Assembly: GCA_965279515.1 (NCBI GenBank)
Contig: CBDIID010000003.1
Coordinates: 4,384,001 to 4,448,000 of the forward strand
DNA length: 64,000 bases
DNA from: Turneriella sp.
GTDB taxonomy: Bacteria > Spirochaetota > Leptospiria > Turneriellales > Turneriellaceae
Direction of reading: 5' to 3'
Position 1 is the stretch's first letter, and each line of letters starts with the position of its first letter. Below the pieces are notes generated by a model. That model searched no databases and had not been told where the DNA came from. It saw only the letters and a program-made list of their open reading frames with translations. This document shows, in pieces, positions 56,304 through 64,000 of this stretch. A program made the position numbers and the translations under genes.

Positions 56304-57188
56304 ATGGACATGCTCTCCGAAATCTTAAGTTCAGCCCGCTGGAAGGGAGATCTTCTGACGCGCAAGGCTATCCACCGCCCGTGGGGGCTGCGCTTCCCGT
56401 GCGATAAGAGCGCGGGCTTTCATGTCGTGTCGCAGGGCAGCTGTTTTGTAAAAATGCCGCGGCAATCGTTTCACATGCAGGCGGGTGACATTCTTTTCAT
56501 CGCCAAAGGCGCGACGCATGATTTAAGTTCGGCACCGGGCGAAAAAATTGTCGATATCCGCAAATTTTCGGAACAGGCGCATAAGAGTAAGCCAGCGGGC
56601 AAGCCGCTGACGACGTTTGTCTCAATCCGTTATGAAGTGCCTGAAGAGCCGATGCATCCATTTTTGATCGAACTGCCCGAAGCCATTTTTATCCGCGCAC
56701 ATGAGATTCCCGCGCACCATACGCTGCATACGCTTTTGGTACTGATCTCGCAAGAGATCGATGCCGGCATCGGTTCTGACCTGATTCTTCAAAAGCTCGC
56801 CGACATACTGCTCTACCAGGTGCTGCGTTATTACATGGAAAAAAATCCGCCGACCTCACCCGGCTGGCAGAGTGCGCTGCTCGACGAGAAGATCCGCTTT
56901 GCGCTCGAGCAGATGCACCGCAATCCCGAACGTGCCTGGACTCTTGAATCGCTCGCCGCAACCGTCGGTGTGTCGCGCGCCTCGCTCGCTGCCCGCTTCA
57001 AAGATGCGCTCGGCGCGACGCCGATGCATTATCTCGCGGGGCTGCGCATCGAAAAGGGACGTACGCTCGTGCGCGAGCAGGGCGCGACACTCGAGCAGGT
57101 GGCCCGCGCCGTCGGTTATTCATCGGCCTTTGCCTATTCGAAGGCGTATAAGCGGGTGCGAGGCAACGCCCCTGCGCTTGACGTGTGA
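56304..57188 (+). CDS. AraC family regulator with N-terminal cupin domain
   Basis: PWGLRF..FHVVSQGSC; WTLESLA..VSRASLAARF; VGYSSAFAYSKAYKR. Confidence 0.9.
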   Translation: MDMLSEILSSARWKGDLLTRKAIHRPWGLRFPCDKSAGFHVVSQGSCFVKMPRQSFHMQAGDILFIAKGATHDLSSAPGEKIVDIRKFSEQAHKSKPAGKPLTTFVSIRYEVPEEPMHPFLIELPEAIFIRAHEIPAHHTLHTLLVLISQEIDAGIGSDLILQKLADILLYQVLRYYMEKNPPTSPGWQSALLDEKIRFALEQMHRNPERAWTLESLAATVGVSRASLAARFKDALGATPMHYLAGLRIEKGRTLVREQGATLEQVARAVGYSSAFAYSKAYKRVRGNAPALDV

Positions 57189-58321
57189 CGCTGAAACAAG
57201 AAATTCCCGCCGTGAAGAGTTTCATCAGCACATTTGCCTGCGCGGTATTCGTTTTGTGCGCAGCGCCGGTTTCTGCATCCTACAAACTTTCAAGCCTTTT
57301 GCCGGGCGATGCCGTCGATACCTACACCGATCTGACGGCCTATAGTTTTTCCGTACCGTTTCCCCTGAAGAAGTTTGGTGCCTCCGTCGCGCCGCGTTAT
57401 GCGCATACGGCACCCGATAAGCATAGCGGCGGCATCGACACCTTTGCTTATCTGCAATTATCGAATCTCAGGCTGGGTATCGCAAGCCTCGCAGCGCCGG
57501 GCAGCGATACGGCGACGTTCATCAACGGTAAATTTATGGCCAGCTATCTCTTCAGTTTTATCAGCATCGGCATTGAGGCCGGGGCGATGCGCTCAGCTTC
57601 AGATTCTCCGGTGGACCGGTGGGGCAGCATGGGCGCGGTGACGAGCAGCGTCTATTTTAACAGGTGGGCTTTTGATGCTGCCGCGCGCTTTTTTATGCCG
57701 AATGCATCGGCTGCGGCGCCGAATCCTTTACCGTCATCAGCCAGTGCCCCGATCTATCAGAACAGCGCCTATGACAGCCAACTGTATTCGCTGCGTCTCC
57801 GTAATGACCTGTCTTTCCGCTGGCGGATGACCCTCGCCGGTAATTTTCTGTATTCGAGCTATTCCTCTTTCTATTCGCTGACCAATCTCTGGCGTTACCG
57901 CCTGGAGAACATGCAGATTATTTCGGGTCTCAGTTACCGCAGAAACAATCTTACCCAGGCGGCTGCGGGGGCATTCGACGGCGATGATCAGGTGAACATC
58001 CCGGTTTATGCGATTCTCGAACACGCGCGTTCGATTTTTTATATCGGCGTCTCCTCTCCGGTCTACCGCCTGAACCGCGGCGGTGCGGCGGCGGGGCGCA
58101 GCTATGTTCTGCGGTTTGAACCGCAGGTCGCTTACACGCACCGTTTTACGCCGGGCTTATGGCTGAATTTCTCGCTCGGTTCGCAGTCGGTGATGGCTGC
58201 CGATAACGGTACGATTGCAAGCGAAGTGCGCGTGGCATTTCAGCTCGCGTATAATATTGCACCGTTCGGCGCCGACGACGAAGTCGCCTTTTCGGGAAAC
58301 CTGCTCACGGCAGCGCGGTAG
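57185..58321 (+). CDS. Hypothetical exported, possibly outer-membrane, protein
   Basis: 378-aa ORF, signal peptide, aromatic-rich beta-strands. Confidence 0.65.
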   Translation: MTLKQEIPAVKSFISTFACAVFVLCAAPVSASYKLSSLLPGDAVDTYTDLTAYSFSVPFPLKKFGASVAPRYAHTAPDKHSGGIDTFAYLQLSNLRLGIASLAAPGSDTATFINGKFMASYLFSFISIGIEAGAMRSASDSPVDRWGSMGAVTSSVYFNRWAFDAAARFFMPNASAAAPNPLPSSASAPIYQNSAYDSQLYSLRLRNDLSFRWRMTLAGNFLYSSYSSFYSLTNLWRYRLENMQIISGLSYRRNNLTQAAAGAFDGDDQVNIPVYAILEHARSIFYIGVSSPVYRLNRGGAAAGRSYVLRFEPQVAYTHRFTPGLWLNFSLGSQSVMAADNGTIASEVRVAFQLAYNIAPFGADDEVAFSGNLLTAAR

Positions 58322-58337
58322 CGCCGCCGCCATCGGT

Positions 58338-59138
58338 TTATTCTTCGTTGGTGTTCAGAATCACCGGCAAACCGTTTTTACCGCCCTGCATAATCATCAT
58401 CTTCATATTCGGATTCTCGACGGCTTTAAGCTGAATATATTTTGTCGTTAGCTGTTTGTTGATAATCTGCTGGGCCTTCGCCTGACCTTCAGCTTCGATC
58501 TTGGCTGCATCAGCCGAGGCTTTCGCCTTGATCACGGTAATTTCAGCGTCGCGTCGGGCAATGTTGATTGTGAACACCATCTGCTGTTGTTCCTGTTCTT
58601 TTTCGAGTTTGCCTTCGATGGCGCGCAGAATCGGTTTACTGTATTCGATGTCGTCGATGATGATATCGTCGATGTCGATGTGTTTTCCTTCCAGTTTTTT
58701 CACCAGCACGTCCCGGATGCGGTGTGAGATATTCGGCGTCTCTTTGGAAATCTCCACCATATTATACGTTGAGAGTGCATTGCGCACCGACGTCCGGAGC
58801 TGGGGCTTCACCACCTTTTGGTAAAAATCGGGGCCGATCTCCTGCTGCAGCTGGTAGATTTCGTCGGGTTTCGGGCGCACGATCACGGTACAGACGACCA
58901 GTACCTTGAGGTCGTCCTTGGTCAGAATCTCCACCTGTTCTGAAAAAGAGTTCCACTGAATCTTATAGGTATAGATATCGTTCCAGGGGGCGTAGACATA
59001 GACTTCGGGCCTCAGCGGCTCTTTTTGCAGGCCTGAGCCCCACGGCTGCCAGCGCAGTCCCACCTCTCCGGGCTTTACGGTCGATACACAACCTATCGCG
59101 AAGCTTGCCAGCGCAAGCGCTTGGACTATCACTTTCAT
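58338..59138 (-). CDS. SPFH/prohibitin (band 7) family lipoprotein
   Basis: AIGC lipobox, VKPGEVG, LTKDDL, AIEGKL, AEGQAKA; SD GGAGG. Confidence 0.88.
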   Translation of the reverse strand: MKVIVQALALASFAIGCVSTVKPGEVGLRWQPWGSGLQKEPLRPEVYVYAPWNDIYTYKIQWNSFSEQVEILTKDDLKVLVVCTVIVRPKPDEIYQLQQEIGPDFYQKVVKPQLRTSVRNALSTYNMVEISKETPNISHRIRDVLVKKLEGKHIDIDDIIIDDIEYSKPILRAIEGKLEKEQEQQQMVFTINIARRDAEITVIKAKASADAAKIEAEGQAKAQQIINKQLTTKYIQLKAVENPNMKMMIMQGGKNGLPVILNTNEE

Positions 59139-59249
59139 GGTTCCTCCCATCGTCGGTCACATTATCATAGATATACGATATTCCGTTAGTAGACCCCGGA
59201 TATGCCTCCATGGCGAAATTTTTTTGCCAGCCTGTCTTATTTGTGTAAA

Positions 59250-59276
59250 TTGGCACTAAGGCGGTGAGAGTGCTAA
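59250..59276 (+). promoter_or_regulatory. CIRCE element (HrcA operator)
   Basis: TTGGCACTA-N9-GAGTGCTAA versus consensus TTAGCACTC-N9-GAGTGCTAA, upstream of groES. Confidence 0.88.
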
Positions 59277-59377
59277 CACACCCTAGGGGGAGTGATAGCA
59301 TGTCTGACTGTGAGTGCTCGGTAGCAGGGGGATCAATCCCACCAGCTAACGAGTAATTTAATTTCCTGGAGGGAAAA

Positions 59378-61326
<1,949 letters not shown>

Positions 61327-61366
61327 AAAAGTTGTTTGCAGGGGGCGATGCCCCCTGCGACCCCCG

Positions 61367-61391
61367 AAGAGGCGCCTAAGGCGCCTTTTTT
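61367..61391 (+). terminator. Rho-independent terminator of groESL
   Basis: AAGAGGCGCC-TAA-GGCGCCTTTTTT. Confidence 0.85.
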
Positions 61392-61427
61392 ATTGTAATT
61401 ATTCGCAGATTGCTTTGACTAAGTTCC

Positions 61428-62726
61428 ATGAAAAACTTCTTCAGCCGCGCCATCGATAAGCTCATCGGCGATTCACGCCTCTGGTCGCTCGAGCACCGGC
61501 TCTTTAACTCCTTCGCACTTCTCAATGGGGTGTCGAACACCCTGGGGTCTCTCAACCCATCATCGAATTACGCATGGCTCTTTGCCCTGAATCTCGGTAC
61601 GGGCATCCTGTTCCTGGCCTTTTACGCGCTTTCCCGGTTTAAAAGCTATTACCGCTCGCTCTATTGGCCCTTTGTCTTTACTATGCAGATTTTTCTCTTC
61701 TTTAATATAGTCGGGAATGCAGGTTCGCAGGGCGGGGCGCACTATTATTACATTCCGATGGTGTTGATTTCAACGATTCTATCGCGTAATACCCTGACCA
61801 CGGTTATTGCCGCGATGTTAGGGGTGGCTTTTACAGCTGGAGTGTTTGCCATCGAAATCTACAAACCCGACTGGATTATGAAATTTACACGACCTGAAGA
61901 GCGGCTCAACGATGTCGTGGGGCAGTTTCTGTTTGTCCAGATCCTGTGCGCGGCGACAGTTATTATTCTCAAGAATCACTTCAATGAAGAACGCAATAAA
62001 TCTGAAAAGTTATTGCGCAATATTCTGCCGCAACACGTCGCCGACGAGCTCAAAAAATATAACCGCGTGACGCCGATGCACTTTAATTCGGCAACAGTGC
62101 TGTTCACCGACATGGTTGGTTTCACCAGGATTGCGGAGCGTCTTTCGCCCGCAGAGCTTATCCACGAACTGGATGCCTGCTTCGCCACCTTCGACGAAAT
62201 TATCCGTAAATTCGACATGGAAAAGATTAAAACGATTGGTGACGCCTATATGGCAGCGGGGGGATTGCCCGATGTGAACCAGAGCCATGCACTCGACTCG
62301 ATCCTCGTCGCTTTGCAAATGCAGCACTTCATGCTGCATATGCGTAAGGAAAAAGAAGCAAAGAATCTGCCGTTCTGGCAGATCCGTCTTGGCATCCATA
62401 CCGGGCCACTCGTCGCCGGTGTCATCGGTACAGAAAAGTTTTCCTATGACGTATGGGGCGATACCGTGAACACGGCAAGCCGCATGGAAAGCTCCGGCGC
62501 TCCTGAGATGGTCAATATCTCTAAAAGCACCTATGACCTGGTGAAGGAGTTTTTCATCTGCGAATACCGCGGTAAGCTCGTGGCGAAGAATAAAGGTGAG
62601 GTCGATATGTATTTCGTCAAACGCCTGAAACCCGAATACAGCGAAGATATGGCAGGGATCATGCCGAACCCTAAGATAATGGAAATCCGTAACCAGTTGA
62701 ACGGTTTGGTTCTTAAGGCGGCATAA
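61428..62726 (+). CDS. Membrane-anchored class III adenylate cyclase
   Basis: About 6 TM; SEKLLRNILP, FTDMVGFT, KTIGDAYM, YDVWGDTVNTASRME. Confidence 0.92.
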   Translation: MKNFFSRAIDKLIGDSRLWSLEHRLFNSFALLNGVSNTLGSLNPSSNYAWLFALNLGTGILFLAFYALSRFKSYYRSLYWPFVFTMQIFLFFNIVGNAGSQGGAHYYYIPMVLISTILSRNTLTTVIAAMLGVAFTAGVFAIEIYKPDWIMKFTRPEERLNDVVGQFLFVQILCAATVIILKNHFNEERNKSEKLLRNILPQHVADELKKYNRVTPMHFNSATVLFTDMVGFTRIAERLSPAELIHELDACFATFDEIIRKFDMEKIKTIGDAYMAAGGLPDVNQSHALDSILVALQMQHFMLHMRKEKEAKNLPFWQIRLGIHTGPLVAGVIGTEKFSYDVWGDTVNTASRMESSGAPEMVNISKSTYDLVKEFFICEYRGKLVAKNKGEVDMYFVKRLKPEYSEDMAGIMPNPKIMEIRNQLNGLVLKAA

Positions 62727-63127
62727 TGGCAGTCCGCATTATCGATTATGCCATACGCACGGCGATCGCCGTCATTTTGATACAGACTTTGTGGTTTAAA
62801 TTCCGTGCGGCTCCCGAATCGGTGGCGATTTTTTCCGCACTCCATGTGGAACCCTGGGGCCGCATTGCTGCGGGCGTGATTGAGCTGGCCGCCAGCCTGC
62901 TGCTGGTTTTTCCGCGCACAGTCATCTTTGGTGCTGGCATCGCACTGGGCACAATGCTTGGGGCGATGCTCTCGCATATTTTCGTGATTGGCATCGCCGT
63001 TAAAAACGACGGCGGCCTACTGTTCGGCCTTGCGGCAGGGGTGGCTCTGCTGTCGCTAATTTGCATTTACATCCACCGGGCCGAAGCGATTCGTGTTCTG
63101 AATGTTTTCCTGAAAAAATCCAGATGA
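62726..63127 (+). CDS. DoxX family membrane protein
   Basis: QTLWFKF..ES..IF..VEPWGRI..GVIEL..DGGLLF. Confidence 0.85.
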   Translation: MAVRIIDYAIRTAIAVILIQTLWFKFRAAPESVAIFSALHVEPWGRIAAGVIELAASLLLVFPRTVIFGAGIALGTMLGAMLSHIFVIGIAVKNDGGLLFGLAAGVALLSLICIYIHRAEAIRVLNVFLKKSR

Positions 63128-63651
63128 CCGCAGAGCAGGGCCTGATCCATGAAAATATTCAACTGTTGCGCCAGGGCGAGGGAGTGCTTCGCTCGATAAG
63201 CGACGGCGCGTATACGGCAGAAGTTTCGGGCATAAGTTCGGCCGCAAAACATTTCAGGCATATTTTCAACCATTACGAAGCGTTGCTGATGCAGCGGCGG
63301 AGCATTGTCGATTATGAGACGCGCGAACGGGGTACAGAGGTCGAAAGGCGGCGTGACGCAGCGCTGGCGAAGACGGCAGAACTCGTTGCGGCGCTGCACG
63401 ACCTCGGCGATAATATCCTGCGGGACACAACCTTAAGTATCGAACGGGTCATCCGCTTGGCTGACGGGCAATTGCAAAAAGTGTTTTATCCGTCAAATCT
63501 CTCGCGCGAACTTGATTTTCTGCAACAGCATGCTGTGCATCATTTTGCCATGATTGCGATCATTCTCAGGCAACAGGGCGCTGAAACGCCGCAGGATTTC
63601 GGCATGTCGCCTTCGACACTGCGCTTTAACGCGGCGCTCGCGGTCACCTGA
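63124..63651 (+). CDS. DinB superfamily protein
   Basis: HFRHIFNHY, DYETRER, RELDFLQQHAVHHFAMI, FGMSPST. Confidence 0.8.
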   Translation: MTAEQGLIHENIQLLRQGEGVLRSISDGAYTAEVSGISSAAKHFRHIFNHYEALLMQRRSIVDYETRERGTEVERRRDAALAKTAELVAALHDLGDNILRDTTLSIERVIRLADGQLQKVFYPSNLSRELDFLQQHAVHHFAMIAIILRQQGAETPQDFGMSPSTLRFNAALAVT

Positions 63652-63653
63652 AT

Positions 63654-64000
63654 TTGCGACGCAGTCTTCTTCTGTTCTATCTAGTACTCCTGCTGGCATC
63701 GCATATTGCCGTGGCCGTTATGCCTGTGCGCATACCTGAAGGGCAAAGGAGTTTGCGTTCCGGTGATGTGACGATTGCTTATGCCGACACTGATCCTCAT
63801 GGTTCCGGCAAGCCCGTGCTGTTGTTGATCCATGGCAGCCCGGTGGATATCGCGCTCTTCGCACGCCTCATCCCGTTATTGGAGAAAAAATTCCGCGTGA
63901 TCGCGCCTGTATTGCCGGGTTTCGGCGCGTCCTCGCGCGAGTTGCCCGATTATTCGATCCGTGCGCATGCACTTTACCTGGACCGGTTTCTCAACCAGGC
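63654..64000 (+). CDS. Alpha/beta hydrolase, partial (runs off the right edge)
   Basis: Manual translation from TTG 63654: signal/TM, then PVLLLIHGSP..FRVIAPVLPGFGAS..YSIRAHA. Confidence 0.8.
   Translation, partial: MRRSLLLFYLVLLLASHIAVAVMPVRIPEGQRSLRSGDVTIAYADTDPHGSGKPVLLLIHGSPVDIALFARLIPLLEKKFRVIAPVLPGFGASSRELPDYSIRAHALYLDRFLNQ

Noticed and set aside
59250..59330. 22-nt periodic repeat as a CRISPR array
   Set aside because: Units are too short and degenerate, there are no cas genes, and it matches CIRCE

Overview
A gene-dense, moderately GC-rich bacterial chromosome segment. By inference it comes from a free-living spirochete of the Leptospiraceae (Turneriella/Leptonema-like): it encodes OmpL37-like and Lsa36-like surface proteins, spirochete-type lipoproteins, SpoVG and FlgM. 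It holds about 58 CDS and one tRNA-Leu(CAG). Recognisable blocks are: a minus-strand run (BASS transporter, (alpha/alpha)6 glycoside hydrolase-like protein, lipoate-ligase family, BolA, ATP-grasp/FMN hydroxy-acid dehydrogenase fusion, PLD-LTD lipoprotein, hypothetical, Zn-PLC/P1-like enzyme); class II RNR nrdJ; lpxD; flgM; a beta-CASP MBL RNase; dinG and RNase H; a complete cbb3 oxidase cluster with fused ccoNO followed by a cardiolipin synthase-like gene and an Rrf2 regulator; queG; PBP1A; two class III cyclases; DAHP synthase; and groES-groEL with CIRCE. No integrase, transposase, prophage or CRISPR array was seen. The most notable observations are: (1) an in-frame second copy of the last 11 codons of nrdJ, differing only at synonymous sites and forming a possible 19-aa redox-tail mini-ORF; (2) a three-hairpin leader upstream of nrdJ; (3) two RNA-metabolism genes (beta-CASP RNase, queG) whose conserved N-termini need ATA or CTG start codons; (4) a 22-bp-phased array of CIRCE half-sites; (5) a candidate Rrf2 operator shared by the cco and rrf2 upstream regions; (6) several apparent pseudo-enzymes. 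All family calls come from motif recognition by eye, with no database search.
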